Source: Blastocatellia bacterium (GTDB lineage: Bacteria; Acidobacteriota; Blastocatellia; UBA7656). From it: a DNA stretch of 64,000 bases. This document shows, one piece after another, positions 31,667-42,447 of the stretch (positions within the stretch are counted from its first letter, which is position 1; every line of letters begins with the position of its first letter). The DNA is taken from NCBI GenBank assembly GCA_963765495.1, contig CAVXWP010000008.1, positions 192,001-256,000 of the forward strand, read 5' to 3'. The position numbers and the translations under genes are program-made. The notes beneath the pieces are model-generated. The model searched no databases, was not told the DNA's origin, and was given only the letters and a program-made list of their open reading frames with translations.

Positions 31667-32233
31667 TTAGTCAACAAGCAATTCTTTGAGTTCAGACCTG
31701 TCTTTCAAATCCTTAAACCATAGGGGTGGGTTCGGAGGTTTGTCATACTCCTTCAGCCTCAATTCCCACCAACCCACATCTCTCCACTCTCCAAATTTAT
31801 ACCCGACGTTCTTATACACTCCAACCAATTCAAATCCCATTGACTCGTGTAGCCCAACACTGCCCTGATTCGGAAGGGCAATCCCGGCCAGGGCTGTGTA
31901 AAAACCTTGAATCCGAAGGATATTAAATAATGTTTGATAGAGTTTTCGACCGTATCCACGACGATGTGCTTGTGGATCAATATAAATAGAGACATCAACT
32001 GACCACTGATAAGCCAAACGAGACCGATGAGATGAGGAATAAGCATAGCCGAGAATCTGATGGTCGGATTCAAGCACTAGCCAGGGGAAAAGGTCCAGCG
32101 TTTCTGTAATTCTCTGACGCATTTCCTCCAGAGAAGGAGGAAGAAGCTCGAAAGAGATGATCGAGTTGCAAACAAGGGGGGCATAGATATCGAGCAAAGC
32201 CTGAGCGTCAGATTCATCGGCGATGCGAATCAT
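31667..32233 (-). CDS. Phosphinothricin/arsinothricin-type GNAT N-acetyltransferase
   Basis: ISFE..P, RSRLAYQWSVDVSIY, GIALPN..SVGLHE, GYKFGEWRDVGWW. Confidence 0.88.
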   Translation of the reverse strand: MIRIADESDAQALLDIYAPLVCNSIISFELLPPSLEEMRQRITETLDLFPWLVLESDHQILGYAYSSSHRSRLAYQWSVDVSIYIDPQAHRRGYGRKLYQTLFNILRIQGFYTALAGIALPNQGSVGLHESMGFELVGVYKNVGYKFGEWRDVGWWELRLKEYDKPPNPPLWFKDLKDRSELKELLVD

Positions 32234-32462
32234 ACAATCCCTCCAGCGAGAACCAAATAACGAAATAGTGTTCCTGTCAAACTGCCAGGAATACGTACAA
32301 ACAAGCAGAGATACTACGCACCGTATATCAGAATTTCAATCCTCTTTAGATAAACCAGATCAACATTTCTCATAGCCATTTCTTGAGTGGTTGTATCTTA
32401 CAAATGTATAACCTGCTCAGGACGCTACTTCTTCCCAATCACTACCCATTCGACGGAGTCGG

Positions 32463-33458
32463 CTATTTACCAACCGCAGCATAATACCCTAGCTGGTTCC
32501 GTACTTTGATATGCTTTAATCCAGGTACTTTATCTGGCTTTATGTTCAGCTTTACTTCTATACGATGCCACTCACCATCTTTTGCCCCATCTGAAGGGGT
32601 AAACCCCAGTCTGTATCGGTTTCGGAGGTCTTGAGCAATCATTGATAAGCTCTCAGATAAGTTCCCTGGTTTCTTTATTCTGAATGTCAGCCCTGTTGAT
32701 GCCTTCGCCCATTCGCCTACGGCAATCGGAGGTATTGGTGATAAGAGATATTCATACGACGGGGCGGTATTTATGGCGTAGAACATGATGCCATTTTCTC
32801 TGATTAAACGCTCGATCTTTCTCTCATCTATACTCGATGACGTATCGGCCCCATCGCCCATCATTATTATTGCTCGCCTGGTGTGTGAACTGCTCATCGC
32901 TTTCTCGATTGCAAGAGAGCAGGAATCAAGAAGGGCCGTGCTTCCTTTAATTTGTAATGATTCGAGTTTTTCAAGACCTGCCAAAGCCTCGGTACGCGAT
33001 GCATTATCGACGAGGATTTGAGGTTTATCACTGAAAGTAAATACGAAGTATGAATTATCATCATTGCTCGCTTGAATGAGGCGGGCAATGGCATCCTTGA
33101 GATCCCTGAGGTTTTCAGGTAAAGCCCGCCTGTGAGAAGCGTCGACAGATCCGGAGGTGTCAATAAGAATGCAGACCGTAACAGGATCATCAACACTGCT
33201 AAAGTCTGTGATAGTCCGTGGCTGACCGTTGTCGAAGAGGCTGAAATATTCCTTTGACAGCCCACGAAGGTAACCGCCTTTTTCGTCATTGACAACAACT
33301 TCAATCGACACGGGAGAAGCCCCCAATTGTAGCAGATCAGAATGCTCGTGTTGTGTTGTTTGACCAAATGCCGATGCAAGCCCGGAAGGTGAAATAAGAG
33401 CGACAAACAACAAAAGAATATATCGAACGGGTTTTAGTACGCTTTTGTTGTGGAGCAT
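32463..33458 (-). CDS. Acidobacterial-type VWA domain protein
   Basis: Signal peptide; MIDAS ILIDTSGS; GSTALLD; GDGADT; Y.LGFTP..DG.WH.I.V. Confidence 0.85.
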   Translation of the reverse strand: MLHNKSVLKPVRYILLLFVALISPSGLASAFGQTTQHEHSDLLQLGASPVSIEVVVNDEKGGYLRGLSKEYFSLFDNGQPRTITDFSSVDDPVTVCILIDTSGSVDASHRRALPENLRDLKDAIARLIQASNDDNSYFVFTFSDKPQILVDNASRTEALAGLEKLESLQIKGSTALLDSCSLAIEKAMSSSHTRRAIIMMGDGADTSSSIDERKIERLIRENGIMFYAINTAPSYEYLLSPIPPIAVGEWAKASTGLTFRIKKPGNLSESLSMIAQDLRNRYRLGFTPSDGAKDGEWHRIEVKLNIKPDKVPGLKHIKVRNQLGYYAAVGK

Positions 33459-33759
33459 ATGGATTCCTTTCTTGACTGTAACTTAACTATCAAATGGACA
33501 TGATAAGCAGACTTGATTTTATATAAATTAACCCTGATGTTCAAATGAACAGACTTCACCTGTTGAAAGAAACATTACTTTCATGACTTTCATGCTATTC
33601 AAACCTGGAATATACAATTCAGAACATTAATGAGCCGAGCAATCTATTATCTCCTGCTCAACCTGAAAATCTATATTTTTTCTGAGCGACTTTTTTACCT
33701 CTTTCTCACTCTTCACGCATAAAGTTCCATAGCTCCTCAAGCCATATTGCTCAACCTGG

Positions 33760-36700
33760 TTACTGGTTGTGAGGCACGCTCACAGTCACAGTCTTGATTG
33801 ATGAATTTCCGCCTCCGTCTATGCAGGTGATCGTAATGGTGTAAATGCGCCCGGAGCCTGAGCCCGCTCGCTCGGCGCGCAACCGGACGTGATGTGAATC
33901 TACAATCTCCCAATCCGACCCCCCGCTCGTGATCGGTTCGTTACTCGTTACCATCAAGCTACAGGTTACGGACCCGCAGTTGTCCGTTGCCAGGTAATTC
34001 ACTGTCACATCTACCATCTTGTGATTTGGAGGCCACAATACGGGCTTATCAACAGAGACATTTGTAACTACGGGTGCTGTTACGTCACTCACTGTGACCG
34101 TCGTAGTACAGGTATTGCTGTTACCTGCAAGATCAGTCGCCGTCACCGTGACGATGTGGCTTCCCAAACCTACAGGAGTCCCTGCTGCCGGACTTTGCGT
34201 GATGGCGAGTGAACCGGTCGGCGTCAGATTGTCGGATGCTGTGACGTTTGCAGTGACGTTGGGCAGATTAGCCTCACAACTTGCGCCCGCTGAAACGGTT
34301 GATGCCGAAGGACACATCACTGTGGGCGCAGTGAGATCTATCTTTACAACCTGGCTCGTTAAGGCACTGATGTTGCCTGCGTTGTCGAGCGCCCGCACAT
34401 TGATGGTAGTGATGCCCTCCGTGCTGATCGTCACGCTAGTGTTTGCACCCGCGACGACTATCACGCTGCCATCATTTATCCAGTACCGGAGTTCCTTGAT
34501 GCCGCTTCCTGCATCGCTGCCGTTCAGGGCCACCGTCACAGGAGTAGAGTTGAACCACCCATTTGCATTTGGCGAAGTGGTAGTCATCGCGGTCGCAACA
34601 GGCGGAGTCAAATCTGCTACCGCAGGGGAAGGGAACAACACCACTCCGTTGCGCGCCGCAAGCGTTACATTGATCATACCTCCGCTCACGGTGTAAGTTG
34701 CGCCGCCAAGCGCATCCTGAAGCACAGTGCCATCCGAGAAGTAATCTGAAACTACAACGGTCGATGTGTTGCTTAATGATCCGTTGTTCAACACGACGAT
34801 GCCCGTCTCGCCTCCGCCTGCGCGGGCGTATGCGTATGTGTTATTGTCGGTCGCCGAGGGGGTAGTGTCGCCTGTCAACAACATATTGAACGAACCCGTG
34901 CGCAGGGCCGGATGCTGCGTTCTGAGGTGTGCAAGCGTAGTATAAAAAGCGAGTACCCCGTTATCAATCGGCCCATAAACATTCACGTTGCCGCTTTCAT
35001 CTGCCCACGGGTAAGGTGCGCGGTTGTAAGGGTCATCCTCCGGCCCGTTTGCGCCGTTTGCCAGCGACGGCGCATTGATGGCTCCTTCGTCTCCATAATA
35101 GATCATGGGCGCGCCAATGTATGTGAATTGGAAAAGCGCGGCTAGCTTTAGCCTCTCTTTGGCCTCGGTCAGCCCATTGTCGCCCAGTTCGGTCAGCACA
35201 TAAAGCGCGCGGTTCGTGTCGTGAGAATCAAGCAGATTGAGCATCGTAGCCGTAGCTTGCGGCGGGTAGTCTTCGAGCACCGCCTTGAGCGCGTGATCAA
35301 ACTGGCTGGGGTTAAGGTTTACCACGCTGTTTGTGCCGTTATTATCATTGTCATTCCAGGAGGCCGAGCCCCTTGCAAACCCAAGAACATTCTTGCGGAA
35401 GCGATAGTTCATTACCGAATCAAGCTGATCGCCCGCCAGGAACTGGCTTGCATCGGGGAAAATCTCGCCGATGAGCGGACCGTCCGCCTTATAGGATTTT
35501 GCGAAGGGTCTGTAGTCATGCCACCAGTTGTGCGTGATGTCCGGCGCTACGTCGAAACGCCATCCGCTTGCTCCCCTCTCATACCAGTGTTTTGTGATGT
35601 TGTCTGCCGGGTCGCGATAGAAAAAGTTCCGCACATCGGGGCTTGAATCGGTGAATGCGGGCAGGCTGTCGAAACCGAACCAGCCCTCATAGTCGCCCGT
35701 GCCACAGGGCACCGTGTTGTTGAAGAAGTTATACCAGCTTCGCTCGGTCGAGGTAAGCGATTCACACCCTCCGTCGCTCGAATAACGATGGTAACGGTCG
35801 AAGTAAAGACTGTCGGACGAAGAATGATTGAAGACCGCATCGAGGATTAGCCTGATGCCGCGCCGCTCGGTCTCTTTGACGAGCGAGGCAAGCGCCGCAT
35901 CGCCGCCAAGCGCCGGGTCTACTTCCAGATAATTGTCTGTATCGTAGCGATGGTTTGAGCGAGCCTTAAAGATTGGATTCAAATAGATCGCATTTACCCC
36001 GATGCTCTGAAGATAGTCGAGCTTGTCTTGAATCCCTTTGAGGTCGCCCCCATAGAACTGCGTGCCGTATTCGTTGAAATACGGGCCGGGCACTCGCGGG
36101 TCGAATATCTGCTCGTTCCAGATAGTCTTGGGTATCACAGACTGATTCCCGTAGAAGGTCGGGCAATCGGCATTCGCCCCCACGCAATAATCATTCGACC
36201 TGTCGCCGTTGCGGAAGCGGTCGGGAAATATCTGATATACGTTCGAGTTTTTCAGCCAGTCGGGCGTCGCGAAACCTGAGTCATAGATTGTGATCTGAAA
36301 AGCCGGAAACGGTTCGTTGTCGCTCGGTTCGCCCTCGCCCCCCATGCCCAGATTGTCGTTGTCGTCAGCAACATTGTCGCTGTAAAAGTCGGTGTCCACT
36401 CCATCCGTTATGCGGAACTTGTAATAGAAGATCGCCGGGACTCCGGGCGTAGCAATCGTCGCTTCCCATATATCATAGAGGAGACTGTTTTCGGTTCGGT
36501 TCTCAAAAAAGTGCATGGGATAATCAACCGGCCCTGTCGTTGTGTCTGTCGCCGGGTCATAGTGATAGACGCGAACGCTGACGCCGTCTACATCGAAATG
36601 GGCTGTGCGGAAGCGCAGCCTTACGCTCGTTCCTGCGGAGACCGCGCCGAACGGAGTGCGATAATAAGAGTCGAATGTGTCATGCCTGAGACCCGCAAAC

Positions 36701-37419
36701 TGAATGTCATTGGTATCGCTCGTGCTGTTGATGGAGAAAGGTTTTGTGCTCGTTCCATCGGCAGTGCTCGTCACCGTGTAGTAGCGAGAGTATGAGGCTG
36801 ACGTGCCTATGAAGGCTCCCGAGTTTTCTTGAGGCACCTGACCGTAGACGAATCCGCCACTCGATGTAAGATAACCGAAAAAGAGGAAAGACGAAGGCCG
36901 GCCTCCACCCGTTATGTTTGACCAGGGTATTGAGAGCTCTCTCACGTTCCCTGCGCCCGACCCATAACTGCCCGAAAAGGCCGTCTGTGATGACCAGCCG
37001 CCCGACCCGTTGGCCGTGCGGAACTCTCTGTAACCGTCCTTAAAGTACGTGACGTAATCAGCCCTGAAGGGGAGCGCCACAAAGTTTGTATTGTCGTAAT
37101 TGAATCCGGCCAGGCTGCCGTCACTGTTGCTGCCGCCGTTGACGGGAGAGACGGGATTCTTGTCAATGTAAATAACCGCGCCTTCGGCGAGATTGGCATT
37201 CGTGATGCCGACATAGAGGTTGTTGTCATCCCATGTCATGTACCAGTCTTGAAGGGTACCCGTACCCTTTTTGTTCTGGCCTTCTGAATGATCTCCGTAT
37301 TCGTTCGCGTTTATCACACCGTCCACATTCGGAGTGGCAAACTGTGCGTGAGTCGATTCGACCGAGATAAACGGCACGGCGAGAAGCGCGGCTGTTAACA
37401 CCAATAGTGAACGATGCAT
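33760..37419 (-). CDS. Secreted GH13 alpha-amylase/amylopullulanase with accessory CBM/Ig/HYR-like domains
   Basis: YQIFPDRF, GGDLKG, NHRYD, DAVFNH, GWRFDVA, GE, LLDSHD, YYGDE; RBS before MHRS. Confidence 0.92.
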   Translation of the reverse strand: MHRSLLVLTAALLAVPFISVESTHAQFATPNVDGVINANEYGDHSEGQNKKGTGTLQDWYMTWDDNNLYVGITNANLAEGAVIYIDKNPVSPVNGGSNSDGSLAGFNYDNTNFVALPFRADYVTYFKDGYREFRTANGSGGWSSQTAFSGSYGSGAGNVRELSIPWSNITGGGRPSSFLFFGYLTSSGGFVYGQVPQENSGAFIGTSASYSRYYTVTSTADGTSTKPFSINSTSDTNDIQFAGLRHDTFDSYYRTPFGAVSAGTSVRLRFRTAHFDVDGVSVRVYHYDPATDTTTGPVDYPMHFFENRTENSLLYDIWEATIATPGVPAIFYYKFRITDGVDTDFYSDNVADDNDNLGMGGEGEPSDNEPFPAFQITIYDSGFATPDWLKNSNVYQIFPDRFRNGDRSNDYCVGANADCPTFYGNQSVIPKTIWNEQIFDPRVPGPYFNEYGTQFYGGDLKGIQDKLDYLQSIGVNAIYLNPIFKARSNHRYDTDNYLEVDPALGGDAALASLVKETERRGIRLILDAVFNHSSSDSLYFDRYHRYSSDGGCESLTSTERSWYNFFNNTVPCGTGDYEGWFGFDSLPAFTDSSPDVRNFFYRDPADNITKHWYERGASGWRFDVAPDITHNWWHDYRPFAKSYKADGPLIGEIFPDASQFLAGDQLDSVMNYRFRKNVLGFARGSASWNDNDNNGTNSVVNLNPSQFDHALKAVLEDYPPQATATMLNLLDSHDTNRALYVLTELGDNGLTEAKERLKLAALFQFTYIGAPMIYYGDEGAINAPSLANGANGPEDDPYNRAPYPWADESGNVNVYGPIDNGVLAFYTTLAHLRTQHPALRTGSFNMLLTGDTTPSATDNNTYAYARAGGGETGIVVLNNGSLSNTSTVVVSDYFSDGTVLQDALGGATYTVSGGMINVTLAARNGVVLFPSPAVADLTPPVATAMTTTSPNANGWFNSTPVTVALNGSDAGSGIKELRYWINDGSVIVVAGANTSVTISTEGITTINVRALDNAGNISALTSQVVKIDLTAPTVMCPSASTVSAGASCEANLPNVTANVTASDNLTPTGSLAITQSPAAGTPVGLGSHIVTVTATDLAGNSNTCTTTVTVSDVTAPVVTNVSVDKPVLWPPNHKMVDVTVNYLATDNCGSVTCSLMVTSNEPITSGGSDWEIVDSHHVRLRAERAGSGSGRIYTITITCIDGGGNSSIKTVTVSVPHNQ

Positions 37420-38063
37420 ATGTATGGCTCCTCTAATTGGCGATGCGCTTTTTCTACCGCGCACCGGAAAGATGGTCTTGATCTCGAAACGGTCAATTGT
37501 TCGAAGTTGTGTCCAGATCAAGGGCGGCCTGGACACTCAACAGCGCAAAAACGATCAAGGCGGAGGATTGATATTAGCCGAACCCCCGGCCCCTTGAAAC
37601 CGACCTTGATCACCGAATGAAAATGTTATTCAGAAAGCGAAAGCTTACACCTGAGCGGTGGCTTCCTGCAACCGTGCTTACACTCGTGGAAAGAGTAAAA
37701 ATAAACACTGGCAGCGCCATCTAATTCTCAGATAAACCTGCCGAGGTCTTAGAAAACCACGTGAAGATTGTCCTGAGAATTAAGCTGATGGCTGTCCTTC
37801 GTTTACTCCTGATTGGGGCCGCCAGCCTGTATAAACAGCATCGAGCGCCTGCGCGTTTCGGCCCAAAATAATTTCGCTTGCTCACAAAGCAACCTTGTAT
37901 GTGCGCGTACATCTAAGCCGCACGATGATCATAACCGGCGCAGCTTTTCCGCTGGCAGGTATATGCACTCAGGCTGCGTGAGTGCACAAAGCTATCCGCT
38001 TGGGCCGACATTTTCAAAGGCTCAGTCTGTATGAATAAAGAGACTCGGGTCTCTGCAACTTTC

Positions 38064-38080
38064 CTGGCAACTCAGTTGCC
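38064..38080 (+). promoter_or_regulatory. Sigma-54-like -24/-12 element (also palindromic)
   Basis: CTGGCAACTCAGTTGCC: GG(38066)-N10-GC(38078). Confidence 0.55.
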
Positions 38081-38101
38081 TGTGGAGATAGAGGTGTATC
38101 T

Positions 38102-40093
38102 ATGCAACTCAAGGTATGGAATGTCTGTTTTGTTCTGATCGCAATCGTAGTGCTTTCCTTTTCCGGTTCTGCACAGACTCAGCAGGATAAAACTCTCTCG
38201 CCGTATTTCTTTGTGCAGGGAGATCCAGATGTAGATCGGTTACCTCTCAAAGATACCCGTGTCGAGATAAATGTTTCAGGCATCATCTCTGATGTGACGG
38301 TGTTTCAGACTTATCGGAATGAAGGCTCGCGGCCGATCAATGCACGTTATGTCTTTCCAGCATCCACGCGCGCCGCCGTTTATGCGATGCGTATGCAAAT
38401 TGGCGCTCAAGTCATAGTTGCCAGAATAAAAGAGCGAGAAAAGGCTAAACAGGAATTCGATCAGGCTAAGCAGGAAGGCAAAAGCGCATCTCTGCTTGAG
38501 GAAAACAGACCCAATGTGTTTTCTATGAGTCTTGCCAATATCATGCCCGGTGATCAGATAGAGATACAACTTCGCTATACCGAGCTTCTGGTGCCAACGG
38601 ATGGCATCTATGAGGTGGTCTTCCCCACAGTTGTCGGGCCGCGCTATTCCTCCCAGTCAGATGCCGATGTGCCATCCGTGGAAAGCTGGATAAAAAGCCC
38701 GTATCTCCATCAGGGAGAAAAACCCACCAGCACGTTTCACATCTCGGCAAGGATTTCAGCCGGTGTGCCAATCAGTGATCTGAGTTGTGTTTCGCACCCG
38801 ATTCTACCGCAGTGGCTGAGCCCTAGTATCGCAAAGGTTGCGTCGGACGATACGGCCCCGTTTCAGGGGAATCGTGACTTTATACTGCGTTATCGTCTGG
38901 CGGGAGATCAAATTGCCTCGGGTCTCATCCTTTACGCGGGTGAAGATGAAAACTTCTTTCTTTACATGGCTCAACCACCTGCCCGGATAACGAGCGAGGA
39001 CATTCCCGTTCGGGAGTACATCTTTGTTATAGATGTTTCGGGCTCAATGGAAGGCTTCCCTCTCGATACCGCCAAGCATCTTCTGCGGGATTTGATCGGG
39101 CAGTTGCGGCCCTCTGACCTGTTCAATGTCGTCTTGTTCGCAGGTGACTCCACTGTGCTTTCTGAAAGGTCGCTTCCTGCTGATCAACAACACATCTCTG
39201 ATGCGATTCGTCTGATCGAACAACAACGGGGAAGCGGAGGAACCGAGCTTCTTGCGGCGATCCAGAAGGCCATGAGCCTTCCCGGCCAGGCAGGCATTTC
39301 CCGTAGCATAGTTCTCGTAACGGATGGTTATGTATCAGAGGAGAAGGGAACCTTCGACTATATACGTGATCATCTGGATCAAAGCAACGTATTCTCTTTC
39401 GGCATCGGCTCATCAGTAAACCGCTATCTGATTGAAGGCGTGGCAAAAGCCGGAATGGGCGAGGCCTTCGTTGTGACCCGAATGGAAGAGGCTCCTGCGA
39501 TTGCAGCCAGATTCCGGGAATACATCCAAAACCCTGTATTGACCGACATTCAGTTCCGCTCCGAGGGGTTTGATATATATGATGCGCACGCTTCCCACAT
39601 TCCAGATTTGTTCGCCCAGCGCCCTGTGATTCTTTTTGGCAAATGGCGCGGCCCGGTAAATGGAACCTTTGAACTCAAGGGAAAGACAGGACGGGGTGAG
39701 TACGTGACCCGTTTGGATGTTGGCGGGGTAAGACCCGATGATACCAATCGAGCGCTGCGTTATCTGTGGGCTCGGTCGCGAATCACTGAACTTTCCGATT
39801 ACGGCTCGGAAGAACTGGATCGAGATCGTATCAGCAACATCACATCTCTGGGATTGAAGTACAACCTGTTGACTCAGTACACGTCCTTCATCGCGGTTCG
39901 TGAAGTCGTGAGAAATACTCAGGGGCCTGCAAAGGATGTCGATCAGCCGTTGCCGCTCCCGCTGGGGGTTAGCGATCTGGCTGTAGGCGTAGCCACGGAG
40001 AGCGGAAGCGAGCCGGAGCTTATATGGTTGATTATTGCATCCATCGCAATCACGTTGATCATGATCTTTCGAAAACGGCGGGTCCTTGTATGA
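38102..40093 (+). CDS. VIT + VWA domain protein with SEP-CTERM-type sorting tail
   Basis: VIT (ARYVFP..AV..M), FVIDVSGSM, LVTDG; tail GSEPELIWLIIASIAITLIMIFRKRR. Confidence 0.88.
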   Translation: MQLKVWNVCFVLIAIVVLSFSGSAQTQQDKTLSPYFFVQGDPDVDRLPLKDTRVEINVSGIISDVTVFQTYRNEGSRPINARYVFPASTRAAVYAMRMQIGAQVIVARIKEREKAKQEFDQAKQEGKSASLLEENRPNVFSMSLANIMPGDQIEIQLRYTELLVPTDGIYEVVFPTVVGPRYSSQSDADVPSVESWIKSPYLHQGEKPTSTFHISARISAGVPISDLSCVSHPILPQWLSPSIAKVASDDTAPFQGNRDFILRYRLAGDQIASGLILYAGEDENFFLYMAQPPARITSEDIPVREYIFVIDVSGSMEGFPLDTAKHLLRDLIGQLRPSDLFNVVLFAGDSTVLSERSLPADQQHISDAIRLIEQQRGSGGTELLAAIQKAMSLPGQAGISRSIVLVTDGYVSEEKGTFDYIRDHLDQSNVFSFGIGSSVNRYLIEGVAKAGMGEAFVVTRMEEAPAIAARFREYIQNPVLTDIQFRSEGFDIYDAHASHIPDLFAQRPVILFGKWRGPVNGTFELKGKTGRGEYVTRLDVGGVRPDDTNRALRYLWARSRITELSDYGSEELDRDRISNITSLGLKYNLLTQYTSFIAVREVVRNTQGPAKDVDQPLPLPLGVSDLAVGVATESGSEPELIWLIIASIAITLIMIFRKRRVLV

Positions 40094-40884
40094 AACAGAA
40101 ATTTAGCCGAGTCTGGATAGCACAATGGTTTGTCGTGTTTATTTGCGCTCTTACGCTAAAGCTGTATTACTCGACGGCAAGCGCAAACCATCTACGCTGG
40201 ATACTCGCTCCCACGACTGCTTTTGTGGAACTCGTTAGCGGTACATCTTTCGAGTTTGAATCCAATGCAGGTTATCTCAGCAGTGATCGCAGTTTCCTGA
40301 TAGCCCCTTCCTGCGCGGGGATAAATTTCTTGATCACCGCCTTCTTGATGCTCTCGGTAAGAAAGCTTTTGAGGGATCGAGCGCAAAAGATTGCCTCGAG
40401 ATTCATCCCTGCTGCCGCGCTGATTGCCTGTATGGTGACGCTCGTTGCGAACACCTTGCGTATCGTCATTGCGTTGCATCTCAGGGGGGCGGTGGATATT
40501 TTCGGGCTGAACCCCTATCAATTCCATCGCGTCGAAGGTATCTTTGTGTACTTCGGTTTTCTGCTGTTGTTGTTTGCGGTCAGCGAAAGAATGAATGCGG
40601 TAAAAGCCTCAAGTAGGTGGCGGCAATCACTCTTCCCGCTCCTTATGTATTACGCAATATTGTTAGGAGTTCCGTTGGCAAATGGCGGGTATCGCCAGGG
40701 ATCTGATTTCTGGGAGCACTCGGCCTTTGTCTTAGTGATTCCTCTACTCCTGATTCTGCCATTCGCTCTGATTTGCCGTGTGTGGAGGCGTGCCGATGCC
40801 TGTCCCTACGGTGAAACCCGAGTCTCGGAAGCTGCCTTGATTATTGCGGACCGACCTCGACTGCCACCTGCGCTTCCGCATTGA
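40090..40884 (+). CDS. xrtK: Exosortase K
   Basis: LKLYYS.A....LRWILAPT, IAPSCAGINF (catalytic Cys), ANTLRI, H..EG; ATGA-coupled to the target gene. Confidence 0.75.
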   Translation: MKQKFSRVWIAQWFVVFICALTLKLYYSTASANHLRWILAPTTAFVELVSGTSFEFESNAGYLSSDRSFLIAPSCAGINFLITAFLMLSVRKLLRDRAQKIASRFIPAAALIACMVTLVANTLRIVIALHLRGAVDIFGLNPYQFHRVEGIFVYFGFLLLLFAVSERMNAVKASSRWRQSLFPLLMYYAILLGVPLANGGYRQGSDFWEHSAFVLVIPLLLILPFALICRVWRRADACPYGETRVSEAALIIADRPRLPPALPH

Positions 40885-40904
40885 TCTGTGGAGAGAGCCA
40901 TTTA

Positions 40905-41013
40905 TAGCGGTTTTCAAATCAATGTAGCCTGTAGGGGCAGAGACAAGCCCGCGCCGTGCGAAGCACATTATGCGCCAATCGCCCCTACAGCTACACGCAA
41001 TTGCAAACAGCTG
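40905..41013. repeat. REP-like GTAG palindrome inside an outer imperfect IR
   Basis: TGTAGCCTGTAGGGGC ... GCCCCTACAGCTACA, bracketed by GCGGTTTTCAAAT / ATTGCAAACAGC. Confidence 0.65.
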
Positions 41014-41121
41014 TAATTGTTCGTGTTCAATAGTGAAAATTCGTGGCTTGTCGCTCTACGGAGAAACCCGGATAAATTACAACGGCTCCAATGCTCACCT
41101 GATCTTTGCAGGTATTACATT

Positions 41122-41658
41122 TCAAGAATATTTATCTGCTATCTTTTTCAACGTTGTCATATTCCGCGTTGTCGCTTCCGGCCCCAGAATTTTTCCAACC
41201 TGTACGCCGAATATTTCCGCTTCCTTACACCGGACACGCCGCAACCAATAAACTTCTCGATTTCTGACGCTCACCTCGTCGTTTTGTGTGTTGAGCTTTT
41301 TTAAGGCTTCTTTAACACTTGCTTTTGGCTTGTCTCGAAGCAGGATCGCATATATAACCGCATCCGCCGGATGGTCAACAGGCCCGAAAGGTTGATGTCG
41401 CGCGATTAAGGCAAGCTCCTGAGCGGTCCGCAAGAATGTGGCCACCTGATAACCGAGTGCCTTTTCCAGATGCTGCTCGATTGTATGTTCCAGAGCAGGG
41501 ATATCTGAATCGGGTGATTGAAAAATAATATTCCCGCTTTGAATCACGCTCTCAACGTCAGTAAAACCCAGTGACTCGAAGAGCCGTTGCAATTCAGGCA
41601 TTTTGATTCTATGACCGCCGACATTGATTCCACGAAGAAACGCAAAATAGAGTGGCAT
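41122..41658 (-). CDS. DUF1697-family protein
   Basis: AFLRGINVGG, IQSGN, TTRN..T. Confidence 0.88.
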   Translation of the reverse strand: MPLYFAFLRGINVGGHRIKMPELQRLFESLGFTDVESVIQSGNIIFQSPDSDIPALEHTIEQHLEKALGYQVATFLRTAQELALIARHQPFGPVDHPADAVIYAILLRDKPKASVKEALKKLNTQNDEVSVRNREVYWLRRVRCKEAEIFGVQVGKILGPEATTRNMTTLKKIADKYS

Positions 41659-41803
41659 ACAGGGAGGTTATCCCAAAGGATCGAGAGATTGTCAACCGCT
41701 CAACCCCGAGTCGCAAGGTCGTTGCGAAGTAACCTGATAAAGAGAAAGACCTGTGCCACCGCTAATTTGCAAAAGCCCCGGGTACTTGTTTATAAGGCGG
41801 ATA

Positions 41804-42148
41804 TCATTTGAAGTGTCTTCTTATTTGATCTATTTTATCTTCGATCCTCTTTAACATTTCTATTGCTTCCGCTTTGTTTAGCCCTGCTTCTTCTACTCCT
41901 TCTCGCAGTACCGCATCACCATCGCTTGCCCTGTTATTGTTGATTATGAAATCAACCGCCTTATCAAGCCCCTCCATGAATAAATCCAGGCTCTCTTCGA
42001 ATACCATCACACGATGGCGTTCCAGTTCACTGCCTACCTGTGTCAGTTCGCCTATGACCAGATATTTTACCCCATCCTTTGTCTGCTTTACGTCAAAGTA
42101 ATAGGTCCTTCTGCTTGTCATAACCTTCTCTGAGAAGATTTCGTTCAT
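41804..42148 (-). CDS. PUR-like / DUF3276 nucleic-acid-binding protein
   Basis: IFSEKV...RTYYFDVK..K.G..YL.I.E...ERHRVMVFEE. Confidence 0.8.
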   Translation of the reverse strand: MNEIFSEKVMTSRRTYYFDVKQTKDGVKYLVIGELTQVGSELERHRVMVFEESLDLFMEGLDKAVDFIINNNRASDGDAVLREGVEEAGLNKAEAIEMLKRIEDKIDQIRRHFK

Positions 42149-42321
42149 CTCAACCTCCGATTTATCTGTAGTCAAGCGCCAAAGCGAAACATAGTTTACG
42201 ATGTTTGGGTGGAAAGGGTCGAGTCGCTAAATCACCTTCAGTTAACTTGAAAATGACTCCTTCTAAATCACAAAACTCAACTCCGCTTTCGGTGAAAGAA
42301 GTGCGCCTGATAAACGCCTAT

Positions 42322-42447
42322 ATGAATATTCTAATACTCAACTGCGGCAGTTCTTCGGTAAAGTTTCAGGTCATCAACACGGATCTCGATCGGATCGAGC
42401 AAGATGAAGACGAATGGCTCTTCCGTTTTCGTTATTCCAACAAATGA
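42322..42447 (+). pseudogene. ackA: N-terminal fragment of acetate kinase
   Basis: MNILILNCGSSSVKFQ followed by a stop after ~41 codons. Confidence 0.75.
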
